A stretch of DNA of 64,000 nucleotides, from assembly GCA_025056305.1 (NCBI GenBank), contig JANWWJ010000025.1, forward strand, positions 57,476 to 121,475. Direction: 5' to 3'. Positions 20,201 to 28,910 of this stretch are shown one piece after another. Numbering within the stretch: the stretch's first letter is position 1; each line of letters begins with the position of its first letter. Source of the stretch: Chitinophagales bacterium. GTDB lineage: Bacteria; Bacteroidota; Bacteroidia; Chitinophagales; UBA10324. The position numbers and the translations under genes were made by a program. A model generated the notes under the pieces. That model made no database searches, was not told the origin of the DNA, and was given only the letters and a program-made list of their open reading frames with translations.

Positions 20201-21567
20201 AAAGGGTAGCCTATGGTACCTTGAACACTCCAAACTTTCTCGCTTTCATCACTTAGAAAAAGCTGAAAACCACTGCCTGGTATCAGCGCAAAATTCAAGG
20301 GCACAAATGTTCGCTGGCCTTCAGAGCCCGACGGAACCTGAAATGCCGCTGCGTTTAAGGTGTTGAAAGCGCTGTCGCGCAAGAAGATGTGCAACCACCC
20401 GCTGGAAGAAGGATAAACGTAAACTCCGGCTAAGGTGCAGGGCTCAAACACGTCAAACACCATAAATCCGTTTAGGTAAGCATCACTTCCGGGCCAGCCT
20501 AACGGATTGGCCAATCCTATCGTATCGACATAAAGAGACCCAGAAACCGCTTCGGCAAATACGGTGGTGCTCGCATTAATTAGGAGCGACATCGTGTCGC
20601 CGGGCAACGTCGATGCAAAAGGAATTACATCGGTTGAATCATGATACCAATAAATGTTTTGTGCCAAGCCATCCGCAACCAACTTCGCAGTGTCGGTGCC
20701 ACAAATGGTATCGGAAACCCATAGGTCCAAAGAGGCCGGCCCCACGCCCACATAAATCACATCCGAATATTGGGTCAGTCCGCTGGGAATACAGGTCACA
20801 GCTACTCTGAAATAAGTGGATACCGCTAAAAAGGATATGTTGATGACCGGGGTGGTAGCATCCGGAAGATCGGTCCACGTAAGCCCATCGTTCGATCGCT
20901 GCCATTGAAAATCCAGACCACTGGCTGATGAGTATCCTGCGACCATTAAGGTAACGGGACCACCGGCATTACACAAACCCGAGGGAAAGGCATAAACGGT
21001 CCCTGCAACAGGAAGACCTGTGCAAGAAGGTGCCGGCAACACGGTGATGTCATAGTCTTCCGTTTCTCCGTTTGTAAAATTTTTGCAATAGTCATGAGGA
21101 AAAATCAAGGCATCGCGCGCACTACGTACCCGCAAGCGCCGCAGCCCCAAGTAATTTTCATTTACGGGAATAGGGATGGTTCCTGAGATCAGATCGTCGG
21201 TAAGACCGGGCGCACAATACACCAGCTCATCGGCATCACTAAAATCACCATCGGCGTTCCAATCAACCCAAATCCCAAATCCTTGATCGTTACCAGCACC
21301 ACTGCCCGACTTCACCGAAAATGCCACGATTGTTCCCTGAACCACGCTGGTGGTCTTATTTCCCGTGGGTGTATAGAAAATGTAATTATTCGAATTTCCA
21401 TTGCACCCACTGTTACTGTTATTGAGCGTGTGAAACGTAAACTTGTTGATGTACGAACCTGTGCCGCTACAACTATTGGTATAGGTCGGAATGCAGTATT
21501 GTGCCGTTGTGCTTGAAGCAATCAGGCATACAAAAAATAACATAATTGCGTAACGCTTCCCCATCAT
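17278..21567 (-). CDS. Giant (~1430 aa) T9SS cargo protein with an N-terminal GEVED domain and multiple Ig-like domains
   Basis: Signal peptide MMGKRYAIMLFFVCLIASSTTAQ from the ATG at 21567. The GEVED-type domain ends in GETEDYDITV. The T9SS CTD is SVYPNPASDFVFI...GIYWITV. The track extension to 21675 would overlap hflX. Confidence 0.8.
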   Translation of the reverse strand: MMGKRYAIMLFFVCLIASSTTAQYCIPTYTNSCSGTGSYINKFTFHTLNNSNSGCNGNSNNYIFYTPTGNKTTSVVQGTIVAFSVKSGSGAGNDQGFGIWVDWNADGDFSDADELVYCAPGLTDDLISGTIPIPVNENYLGLRRLRVRSARDALIFPHDYCKNFTNGETEDYDITVLPAPSCTGLPVAGTVYAFPSGLCNAGGPVTLMVAGYSSASGLDFQWQRSNDGLTWTDLPDATTPVINISFLAVSTYFRVAVTCIPSGLTQYSDVIYVGVGPASLDLWVSDTICGTDTAKLVADGLAQNIYWYHDSTDVIPFASTLPGDTMSLLINASTTVFAEAVSGSLYVDTIGLANPLGWPGSDAYLNGFMVFDVFEPCTLAGVYVYPSSSGWLHIFLRDSAFNTLNAAAFQVPSGSEGQRTFVPLNFALIPGSGFQLFLSDESEKVWSVQGTIGYPFEMTGVVRLRTSNLGPGYYHYFFDWIFVHADLCRSSRQAVAATVITPPQLEVISLSSKWSICTNESDSLTLLATSGFDSYHWAPALGLSTTQQPVVKTLPPATTTYTLTAELGECVSQAQVQISVYQPPVVQVTPKHDTLCAGNSVLLTTTVSPALNYTVEPIAFMQNDTVGTIVALNDDELQGPFPIGFSFWFYGNYYQEFYISSNGYITFDATGGDGCCTGQLLPNPFPPNNLIALAWEDLAPNLGGNVSYYTTGIAPYRKLVVRFDQVPHYSQSGPADPVTVRVELHEHQYRIEIHTANMPGNPAGNWFGHTQGLESPGGLQAAVVPGRNSSSWTASNSAYRFLPQLYSYTWTPSAGLDNSSSGTPVASPQVSTVYTVTVANSVTGCSASQSATIDVVQVPKAGIITPGWTLLCDTAAVELNVQGYTEGASLQWQYFDSALANFMDVSGATGHTLTVIASDVHQYRVQATCASSAYSDTAHLKVMHTPQAPVAMPVSRCGPGKIVLTATATSDLICWYNKPAGGTFLGMGPSLVVPSLLATDTFWVEAGPPPSLFVNSSLDGGAIEEGIMFNILAHENIMIHSIDVHLIQASDIPLKIYYRKGSFQGFEQNALDWIFCGSITVQGKGFGNLTSVPLPLNLTIPSGSSYALYVSTTAAALINTAVAGGPDVFLTDSMISLTKGVGVSGLFGSSTGSRLWNGRLHYSVLACSGPRTPVVATIYYPQIVAVVNDSFICALDTIQLQAINLGLGTYFYQWYPLLEGTDPPDGASALITTIPVQSTLFTLLVNEVNNECDTIVQLYVEVSPLPEVLLIGLPDTMHTLMGPVALTGLPGGGVFSGPGIVNGNFFDPAVAGPGNHKITYAYTDPQGCTNQAVRMVTVLLYSGHAGSNAQLSVYPNPASDFVFIACSTCNMPVAITITDLTGRQLLPLKTYRLNQPLAISTHSWPPGIYWITVYVDGQKHTLPLVLTEP

Positions 21568-21570
21568 GAT

Positions 21571-21578
21571 CAAAAATA
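21571..21578 (-). promoter_or_regulatory. Candidate -7 box TATTTTTG (minus strand), 3 nt upstream of the GEVED-protein ATG
   Basis: Exact TAnnTTTG match on the minus strand. Its position implies a leaderless or near-leaderless transcript if it is functional. Confidence 0.25.
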
Positions 21579-21628
21579 GGTCATTCCATCCGTGTTTGGG
21601 GTGCTTCCCGCCAGGTTTAAGAGCAGCA

Positions 21629-21636
21629 TAATTTTG
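21629..21636 (+). promoter_or_regulatory. Candidate -7 box TAATTTTG upstream of hflX
   Basis: Exact TAnnTTTG match 10 nt upstream of the ATG at 21646. It supports the shorter hflX start. Confidence 0.3.
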
Positions 21637-21645
21637 TATGGCAAG

Positions 21646-22830
21646 ATGCAGATTGCGACCCAAGTAAACGGACAAGAGCGGGCCATCCTAGTCGGTGTCG
21701 TTTTACCTGGTTACCATGAAGAGCAGATTCACGAGCACCTGCAAGAACTACAGTTTTTAGCTGAAACGGCTGGTGCCGTGACACTAAAAAAATTCACTCA
21801 GCGCCTGGCGGCACCAGATCCGCGCACCTTTATCGGGCGTGGCAAGGTGCAGGAACTGCGGCAGTACATAGAACGCAAACAAGTGGACCTCGTCATTTTT
21901 GATGACGACTTAAGCGGAACGCAACTTCACGCTTTGGAAAAGGAATTAAAGGTTAAAATTCTGGACCGCAGTACGCTGATCCTTGACATTTTTGCACGGC
22001 GCGCTCGAACCGCTCAAGCTAAAGCACAAGTAGAGCTGGCCCAACTCCAGTATTTATTGCCGCGCCTTAAAGGACTGTGGACTCACTTAGAACGCCAGCG
22101 TGGCGGTATCGGTATGCGTGGCCCCGGCGAAAAAGAAATTGAAACCGACCGCCGGCTTGTAAAACAGCAGATTTCCTTGCTGAAAAAACAATTGGAACGC
22201 ATCGATCGCCAGAACCGCACTCAACGACAGGAGCGGGGGGAATTGATCCGTGTTGCTTTGGTGGGCTATACCAACGTGGGCAAATCAACGCTCATGAATG
22301 CGCTCAGCAAGGCGCACGTTTTCGCCGAAAACAAGCTGTTTGCTACGCTGGATACTACCACCCGCAAAGTGGTTCTTGGCCGCATGCCGTTTTTGCTCAG
22401 TGACACAGTAGGCTTTATCCGTAAACTGCCGCACCACCTCATCGAAAGCTTCAAATCCACCCTCGATGAAGTGCGAGAGGCGGATTTACTGCTGCACGTT
22501 GTCGATTTATCGCATCCTCGATTTGAAGAACAAATCAGGACCGTTCAAGAGACCTTGCAAGAGCTGGGTGCTCAAGAAAAAAAGATGCTCATGGTGTTTA
22601 ATAAGCTGGATTTGTATGAACAGCAGATCATAGATCCCTACGTGCCTTTGCCGGTGCGACAGGAGTTGCTTCAGCAGATGCAAACCAGCCTTCGTCGCCA
22701 ATACCACGGCCATGCGGTTTTCCTTTCGGCTACTACCGGTCAAAATCTTAACGCGTTACGGGATAAGCTGTACGAAGAAGTCAAGTCACTTTATTTGGCG
22801 AGATATCCATATAAAGCCGAACTCTTCTAA
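21646..22830 (+). CDS. hflX: GTPase HflX
   Basis: G1 GYTNVGKST, G3 DTVGF and G4 NKLD, plus the HflX N-terminal domain (ERAILVGV...). The ATG at 21646 is preferred over the track start at 21592. Confidence 0.92.
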   Translation: MQIATQVNGQERAILVGVVLPGYHEEQIHEHLQELQFLAETAGAVTLKKFTQRLAAPDPRTFIGRGKVQELRQYIERKQVDLVIFDDDLSGTQLHALEKELKVKILDRSTLILDIFARRARTAQAKAQVELAQLQYLLPRLKGLWTHLERQRGGIGMRGPGEKEIETDRRLVKQQISLLKKQLERIDRQNRTQRQERGELIRVALVGYTNVGKSTLMNALSKAHVFAENKLFATLDTTTRKVVLGRMPFLLSDTVGFIRKLPHHLIESFKSTLDEVREADLLLHVVDLSHPRFEEQIRTVQETLQELGAQEKKMLMVFNKLDLYEQQIIDPYVPLPVRQELLQQMQTSLRRQYHGHAVFLSATTGQNLNALRDKLYEEVKSLYLARYPYKAELF

Positions 22831-22968
22831 AGCCTGTTTCTTCATTGAAGATGGTTCCGCACCCCTTGCCGATCAGCGGAATGACATACATTAATGATTC
22901 TTACATTCAATTTCTGATCTGTTTGGATGGGTGTTGTTGTATTTTCGTACTCCCACTTTTTTCGCTTC

Positions 22969-23565
22969 ATGAAAACCCACTTTTGGTCACTACCTGTTTC
23001 GGCGTTCTTTTTCGCAATGCTGGTACCTGCCCCGGCTACCGCTTTGGTGCATGAAATTGCAGTAAAAAATTTTGAATTCATTCAACCCTTTGATACTGTG
23101 CGGGTAGGCGACACCATTCGCTGGAAATGGTTGGAGGGGAACCACACGACTACCTCTAACGGCATTCCCGCAGGAGCCCAGCCATGGAATGAACTGCTCA
23201 CCCAACGCCATCCCGAGTTTACGTATGTGATAACAGTAGCCGGCCTGTATCAATACCTCAGCATCCCCTATGCACCCGTGATGGGTTCATCCTTCATAGC
23301 CATCGATGCCTCTGGCCTGGCAGACCCGCCCGTTATCGTTGGATGTTTTTGTGCGCAACAAACCTTGACTTTACAGCTCGCCCACGCACCAGCTCCCGGA
23401 ACAACGCTGCGCCTATTTAATCCGGCGGGGCAGCTCGTAACCACTCCGACACACCTAATGTCGGCAACCTTTCGCCTTGCTCTGCCCGATTTGAAAAAAG
23501 GTATTTGGATCGTCGAAACAAGCACGGCAAACCTTCGCACCAGCAGAAAAGTCTCCTGCCTTTAA
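22969..23565 (+). CDS. Small secreted cupredoxin-like protein with a T9SS-type CTD; the copper-ligand set appears degenerate
   Basis: Signal peptide MKTHFWSLPVSAFFFAMLVPAPATA. Plastocyanin-like core VRVGDTIRWKW..GNHTT...GLYQYLSIPYAPVMG. The C-terminal ~70 aa resemble a sorting domain (LRLFNPAGQLV...GIWIVE). Confidence 0.55.
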   Translation: MKTHFWSLPVSAFFFAMLVPAPATALVHEIAVKNFEFIQPFDTVRVGDTIRWKWLEGNHTTTSNGIPAGAQPWNELLTQRHPEFTYVITVAGLYQYLSIPYAPVMGSSFIAIDASGLADPPVIVGCFCAQQTLTLQLAHAPAPGTTLRLFNPAGQLVTTPTHLMSATFRLALPDLKKGIWIVETSTANLRTSRKVSCL

Positions 23566-25793
23566 CGAGGCGTTGAGGGGGCCAGCCAGGCCGCCAGCAA
23601 CCGTAGGGCTGCCTGATTGCGGGGGTGATAGGCAGCCGAAAGCACACTGTTTTTTTCCCACACCGTCATGTGCAGGCTTACAGCAGCCAACTGAGCTTTT
23701 TCAGCCGGTACGTATTCCACGTGCAACACGTGCAGCTTGAGTCCCAACCACTCCTGAGCCGTGCTGAGGAGCATATCACTGAAAAAATCCTGAAAGTCGG
23801 TCAAATTGTAATAAATGCTTTGCAAGGGTGCTGTAAGCCGACGAAACAGCGATGGATTCCGATCGCCTTTGGGATCATTTTTCTTGACAAAATCCCCGCG
23901 CACCTGCAACAGAATGACGCGGGAACAATTGGCGGCGATCCAATGCCGAAAGGTATACAAGAAGCGGACGGCCAACTCCGTTCCGTAATTATCGCGGATG
24001 CCGGCATCCAGGGCTTGAACGGCCGGCACTGTGGGTAAAGCAATGGCGGGTAAGATATAGGGAAAACTTGCATTCATGCGCAGCGATGTGGTGAACAGCA
24101 AACGATCGCCTCCTTGCTCTCGAAAATACACTTTCGCATCAATGCCATCGGTCTCTATCGGCAAGCCAACATGGGTGCGCGGAGGAGAGGCCAAATATGA
24201 TACCGGCATCGGGGATAACAACAGCCGGCGGCCATCATTCAAAATGGCCGGCGATAAAACGAGCATGGGACTGATACCTTGCTGCTCAAAAGGCGCATAG
24301 TCACTCAAACGCCGTCGAAACAGGTAGCCGGTGTTTTCATTCAATTGTTGCTCCAGCACGTAACCACGGTCGCGCGGATATTTACGTCCATCTATGGTAA
24401 CGTTTCGCCATGGATAGAGCAAATCGTTGACCACCAGAGTAAAGGAAACTGAGTTCAACAAATCGCGCGATATGGATTCGAGATGTTTTTTGTCCAGCAC
24501 ATCAATGGGATCACCTGCTTTTTTATATAAATACAAATCGCGATAAAAGGCTTCGCCAATCATGCCCCCCGATGCGCCGCTGATGAACACCACATGATCA
24601 AAGAAGCGCCCCCCTGTGATGCTGTCAGCTAGTTGGTTGATGCGAAACGCCCATAAGGCGGCCTTAAGCCCACCCCCACTTGCCGTAATCACCACCAAAG
24701 GCGGACGTTGCCACCGGTGATAGCCAACCGCTACTTTCTTTTTCCAGTTTTCCAAAAAAGCAATGCCCGCCAAACTGTCTTGTTGTACCTGTTGTGGATT
24801 GGCTGCTTGCTCTATGTGGGCCAGATCATAGGAAACAGGCTTTGCATAATCCCAGCCAAATACCTGACTTTGCCGGCCTAAGATGCCCCAGCGTACAAGC
24901 TCATTGGCCATCAACAGCAGCACGACGACAGCTACGGCAGCCCACGACCTGAGCCAAAAAAACAACGCTCCTATCGGTGCAAGCACCAGGGAAAACAAAA
25001 GCAGGATGCTGGCCGCAGCGGGTACGCGAAAGAAGGCCAGATGCTGAAAATATCCCAGCACGATGAAAAGCACCAAGGCTCCACACACCAAAATCAAGGC
25101 ATTACGATGATGCATCCGAAACAGCCTTGCCATATCTTTTTCCGAATAATGCTTCACCTTTCGGGCGTGCCGTACCCGAAACGGATGAATCAACACATAA
25201 TCAACCCGTATTTCATCACCGCTGCTGAGAGGTCGCTGGCGGCTCCAGAGCCTGCTCAGTGTCATGCGTGCAGGTTTTCGCTTAAAGGCCAACCGATCGG
25301 CACCCACATTTAACTTGCCATACAAGGAAACGATGAGTACGGTAAGCATGCCCGATAAAAGGCCGGCTTCATACGACAACACTTCCATCAGCGACTTCAG
25401 CTCCATGTAAAACTGAAAGTGGATCAGCTTATAGAAATAAAAAATCAAAAAAACTAATGGAACAAAAAAATTATTAATGCTGTATCGCAGAAAAGGTTGT
25501 TCAAACGATGCCAGAAAAGGGAAGCGATGGCTGTGCAGGATATAGCCCACTACATTCCATATGAAGATGAGCCAGCCCAGGGCTAAACCAATCACATAAA
25601 AGCTGGCAAAGCTTACACTTCCAAAATATTCCGGATCCAAGAATAGCAAATACCACCCCAACCGCGGGAAAATAGTCCCGTTGACTATCAGGACTAACAA
25701 AATCCAAGGGATCAACAAAAACCAATGGCGGCGAAGTTGGAGCAATACCAACTGCACCGGTAATGAATACCAGATGTTGCGCAGTAAGGACAT
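23562..25793 (-). CDS. Membrane-anchored patatin-like phospholipase
   Basis: The N-terminal ~330 aa are polytopic. The patatin domain has an oxyanion-hole-like ITASGGGLKA, nucleophile elbow GASGG (G-x-S-x-G) and catalytic Asp motif DAGIRDNYG. Confidence 0.8.
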   Translation of the reverse strand: MSLLRNIWYSLPVQLVLLQLRRHWFLLIPWILLVLIVNGTIFPRLGWYLLFLDPEYFGSVSFASFYVIGLALGWLIFIWNVVGYILHSHRFPFLASFEQPFLRYSINNFFVPLVFLIFYFYKLIHFQFYMELKSLMEVLSYEAGLLSGMLTVLIVSLYGKLNVGADRLAFKRKPARMTLSRLWSRQRPLSSGDEIRVDYVLIHPFRVRHARKVKHYSEKDMARLFRMHHRNALILVCGALVLFIVLGYFQHLAFFRVPAAASILLLFSLVLAPIGALFFWLRSWAAVAVVVLLLMANELVRWGILGRQSQVFGWDYAKPVSYDLAHIEQAANPQQVQQDSLAGIAFLENWKKKVAVGYHRWQRPPLVVITASGGGLKAALWAFRINQLADSITGGRFFDHVVFISGASGGMIGEAFYRDLYLYKKAGDPIDVLDKKHLESISRDLLNSVSFTLVVNDLLYPWRNVTIDGRKYPRDRGYVLEQQLNENTGYLFRRRLSDYAPFEQQGISPMLVLSPAILNDGRRLLLSPMPVSYLASPPRTHVGLPIETDGIDAKVYFREQGGDRLLFTTSLRMNASFPYILPAIALPTVPAVQALDAGIRDNYGTELAVRFLYTFRHWIAANCSRVILLQVRGDFVKKNDPKGDRNPSLFRRLTAPLQSIYYNLTDFQDFFSDMLLSTAQEWLGLKLHVLHVEYVPAEKAQLAAVSLHMTVWEKNSVLSAAYHPRNQAALRLLAAWLAPSTPR

Positions 25794-25847
25794 CGGGCAG
25801 ATAATTTAATCACTGCCCGCAAATTGCGCCCATTGGCCCGGTAAATT

Positions 25848-25876
25848 GAAAGGCCTGCTTTAGAGGCAGGCCTTTC
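25848..25876 (-). terminator. Perfect 11-bp stem / 7-nt loop hairpin downstream of the SBBP gene (stop at 25901)
   Basis: gaaaggcctgc-tttagag-gcaggcctttc. There is no clear U-tract. Confidence 0.5.
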
Positions 25877-25900
25877 GATATGAACCTTTAAATCAGGGAG

Positions 25901-28774
25901 TTATTGTTTTACAAAAGGCTGGGTCAGCTTGTATCCTCCGTTTTCCACCAACAACACATAGGCCCCTTTTTGCAGAGATGCCGTGGCAATGACCACCTGA
26001 GCATATCCCTCGGCTATTTCTTCTTCGCTTTGATAAACGATCCGCTCCAACAGATCATAGATGGTAATGCGCGTTGGGGCTGTTCCGCGTGCAATAAACC
26101 GCACAATCATTTGATGCTGCACGGGGTTCGGATACACGAAGAGATCCGTGGCTGTCGTCGTTTCCGTAAGCGCCTCTTGGACGGAAATGCGCGTCGGGAA
26201 GGCACTGCTACTCTTGTAAACGCGCAACCGATAGCAATTCACCGTATCAATGTTGATGCCGTCGTGCACGATCTTGATGTAATAAGATCCCTGAGCCAAG
26301 TTGTTGAGTACCACCGTGTCGGCCGTGGTACCTGGGTTTGATGAAACACCTATTTGATTTCCCTTTTTGTTCAGAATGGCTAAATCATAATTCACTGTCA
26401 ACTTATCTAAAATGAACATGTAGTTGGGTTCTGATGCTTTGGTCTTCACTTTGAAATAATCTTGATCTGTTGGGCCATCGATAACAGCGCTCCAACCATA
26501 GACGTTGGTGTTTAGGGAATTGTAGGCTTTCAGCTCAGGAGAATTCTTATTGTAATCGTCATTGGCGTCTTCATAAAGATCGAAGCAGGAGTTACCTGAG
26601 TGAAAACGATAGAGTAAGACATCGGCAGCGCCAGCGTTCTTAAACTGATAAGCATCAGCCGTTACAGGTAATTCGCCCCGCGTTTCTACGGCCAAAACGA
26701 TTTGATTGTTTGCATAAATCTGCACATCATCGCCTTCATCGGGCTTGTCGCTGCCCAAGTAGCTGCCCCACTGAAGCTGTCCGTCGCTGTTCCATTTAGC
26801 AAACATAGCATCAGAAGTAGAGCCCGGCTGCTTTTCGGGCATGAAGCCGTTGGGCGTCCCAATATTGGAAGTACTTTGGGCATCTCCGATAATGTAGAGG
26901 TTGCCGTTCGCGTCGATGTCCATACCGCGGCAAAACTCCGTTTTGTCCCCTCCATAGTAAGTACCCCACAAAAACTGACCTGAGTTCGTAAACTTCATCA
27001 GGAAGGCATCGTCGTTAGGTATTCCACTGCTTGAGTAACCGCCCCCCCAATTTTCCTGATGGGCCCCCGGCGAGGAAATACTGTCTACGCTCTGAGTATA
27101 ACCACTGACGTAAATGTTGCCCTGTGCATCAACCACGACGCCGCGGCCTCGATCATCTTTATTGCCCCCGATGTAGGTGCCCCATAAATAGTTGCCGTTG
27201 ACATCCCATTTGGCCAGAAATGCATCGATGAGGCTTCCTTTTGTTTTCTGCCAGGGGCTGTTCTTAATAAAATTGGTAGTGCTTTCGCAGGTTCCTGCAA
27301 CTAAAAAGTATGTTTTGTCTATGTCGAAATTGAGTTCATGTGCGCGGTCATCTCCATCCCCACTCCAATAGGTTACCCATACGGGCCAGCCGTTGGCATC
27401 AAAACGACCCAGCACAGCATCACCGTTGTTCCCTGCAACCGTCTGATAAGCACCAGGAGTAGCTATACCCGTTTCGCTGTTGGTCCAGCCACCGATAATG
27501 ATATGATAATCATCGGTGACAATGCCGTTACGCCAGTGTTCACGAGACTCTCCTCCGTAATAGGTGCTCCAGATCAGCTCCCCTTTAGGCTTCCACTTGG
27601 ATAACAACATGTCCCCTTTGGATTCCAGGATTTTGGTTTTGTAAGCGCCGGCCGTAGCCATCCCTGTATCCGAATCAGAGCTGCCGTAAACGTAGATGTT
27701 GTTGTCTTTGTCCAGCGTCAAGCCGAAGGGACCGTCTTTTCCTTTTTCCCCGAAGTAGGTGCCCCAAGCGATTTTGCCGTTTTCTTTGAATTTGCAGATG
27801 AAGATATCTGTTTTGTTCTTATACGTTACATCCCATGCCCCTTCCGTAGCAATACCGGTTGTGCTGTACGTGCTGCCGGTAAGAATGATCTTGTTGTTTT
27901 TATCCACCACCACTTCTGATTCGAAGATGGTTTCTTCATTTTCCCCTCCGTAAAAAGTGCCCCAAACCAAGGTGGGATCAATGACAATGGTTTGAGAAGG
28001 ATCGTATGCCGCCAGGTCATACGTGAGGCGAGGTCCGTTAAGCTTATAGGTGCAAGGAAGCGCCTGGCCGCTGGCATACACAAACGTGTAAGGGGCACCT
28101 TCGCGCACAAAGCCCCTGCTGGTGATGAGGTCCAGTGATCCATCATCACGGAGGTTAAAAGCGTGAACTCCTTGAAACAGCATACGGATGTCCGACGGGT
28201 TGCCGCCGGGATAAATGATCCATTCATAGCGCAACCACGCATCATCCTGATCACTGGGTCCGGCTATAAACAGCAAATCAATATTCGGATAGATGTTTCG
28301 GTACAGGATGCGGTCGTAACACGGCACATCACGTACCGGCTCGTGTTTGCTCAAGTTGAGGTAATAATGAAAGACAGTACCATTTTCCTCGGAGGTGATA
28401 ATTTCAGGATTGGGATTAGCTCCCTCCAACACCACATCTATGCGTGCTACATTGATGGTGGCTGCCTGCAAAGCATAAAAGCGATCTTCCTCGTATCGGG
28501 GGTTGAGGCCATCTTCCGAATAATCAAAATGGTTGATGATCTGAAACAGCTCATAACTAAAACTGTTTTTCTTGAGCTGCAGGTTGAAATCATCGGCCGA
28601 ATACATGTAGAGCACCTCGCCGTTAACCTCCCCATACTGATTTTTGATTTGCCCCAGGTTTTTGCGGAAGCCAGCAGCGTACATTGCTTCTTTGAATGAC
28701 TGCTGCGCGGCCACTGATACAGCAAAGACACTAAGCGAGGCTAGTGTCAAAACGACGCCACAGAACTTATTCAT
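25901..28774 (-). CDS. T9SS cargo: seven-bladed SBBP-type beta-propeller repeat protein with a PPC-like domain and a type-A CTD (paralogue A)
   Basis: Signal peptide. Seven recurrences of a W-[GSV]-[ST]-Y-x-[GS] motif (LVWGTFYGG, IAWGTYFGE, LIWSTYYGG, PVWVTYWSG, YLWGTYIGG, FLWGTYYGG, LQWGSYLGS). PPC-like NYDLAILNKKGNQIG...GSYYIKI. CTD VYPNPVQHQMIV...GAYVLLV. Confidence 0.8.
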   Translation of the reverse strand: MNKFCGVVLTLASLSVFAVSVAAQQSFKEAMYAAGFRKNLGQIKNQYGEVNGEVLYMYSADDFNLQLKKNSFSYELFQIINHFDYSEDGLNPRYEEDRFYALQAATINVARIDVVLEGANPNPEIITSEENGTVFHYYLNLSKHEPVRDVPCYDRILYRNIYPNIDLLFIAGPSDQDDAWLRYEWIIYPGGNPSDIRMLFQGVHAFNLRDDGSLDLITSRGFVREGAPYTFVYASGQALPCTYKLNGPRLTYDLAAYDPSQTIVIDPTLVWGTFYGGENEETIFESEVVVDKNNKIILTGSTYSTTGIATEGAWDVTYKNKTDIFICKFKENGKIAWGTYFGEKGKDGPFGLTLDKDNNIYVYGSSDSDTGMATAGAYKTKILESKGDMLLSKWKPKGELIWSTYYGGESREHWRNGIVTDDYHIIIGGWTNSETGIATPGAYQTVAGNNGDAVLGRFDANGWPVWVTYWSGDGDDRAHELNFDIDKTYFLVAGTCESTTNFIKNSPWQKTKGSLIDAFLAKWDVNGNYLWGTYIGGNKDDRGRGVVVDAQGNIYVSGYTQSVDSISSPGAHQENWGGGYSSSGIPNDDAFLMKFTNSGQFLWGTYYGGDKTEFCRGMDIDANGNLYIIGDAQSTSNIGTPNGFMPEKQPGSTSDAMFAKWNSDGQLQWGSYLGSDKPDEGDDVQIYANNQIVLAVETRGELPVTADAYQFKNAGAADVLLYRFHSGNSCFDLYEDANDDYNKNSPELKAYNSLNTNVYGWSAVIDGPTDQDYFKVKTKASEPNYMFILDKLTVNYDLAILNKKGNQIGVSSNPGTTADTVVLNNLAQGSYYIKIVHDGINIDTVNCYRLRVYKSSSAFPTRISVQEALTETTTATDLFVYPNPVQHQMIVRFIARGTAPTRITIYDLLERIVYQSEEEIAEGYAQVVIATASLQKGAYVLLVENGGYKLTQPFVKQ

Positions 28775-28910
28775 GTGTTCTAGGATTTTTGTACTTATTA
28801 CGAAAATTTGTTGGTTTTGGTTTTCATCTCAGGCCTACGAGGGCATAACCCTTCATCAGCCGGCTTTAAAGCAAAAGTAGGCCATAATCAATTGCGGCCG
28901 TCAAAAGGGA

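Noticed and set aside
21592-21675. Apparent overlap between the extended hflX ORF and the extended GEVED ORF
   Set aside because: Both extensions lack features. The internal ATGs at 21646 (hflX, preceded by a TAnnTTTG box) and 21567 (followed by a proper signal peptide) resolve the overlap.
23562-25793. Patatin phospholipase as an anti-phage (CBASS-type) effector
   Set aside because: There is no cyclase, no nucleotide-sensing domain, and no other defence gene nearby. The neighbours are hflX and secreted cargo genes. The large polytopic N-terminus matches the common housekeeping-type Bacteroidota membrane patatins.
27042-27048. Homopolymeric C7/G7 tracts in surface-protein genes (also at ~4390 and ~33316) as slipped-strand phase-variation switches
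   Set aside because: Seven-nucleotide tracts also occur in housekeeping genes in this window (flippase, LOG), are short for efficient slippage, and simply encode Gly/Pro runs. There is no enrichment at the 5' ends of cargo genes.
28832-28883. Nested inverted repeat (ggcctac ... gtaggcc, with inner aggg/ccct and a palindromic agccggct) between the SBBP paralogues as a structured RNA or riboswitch
   Set aside because: The stems are short (7 bp outer, 4 bp inner) and match no known RNA family that I can recognise. It is most simply a weak terminator or spacer element after the upstream paralogue.
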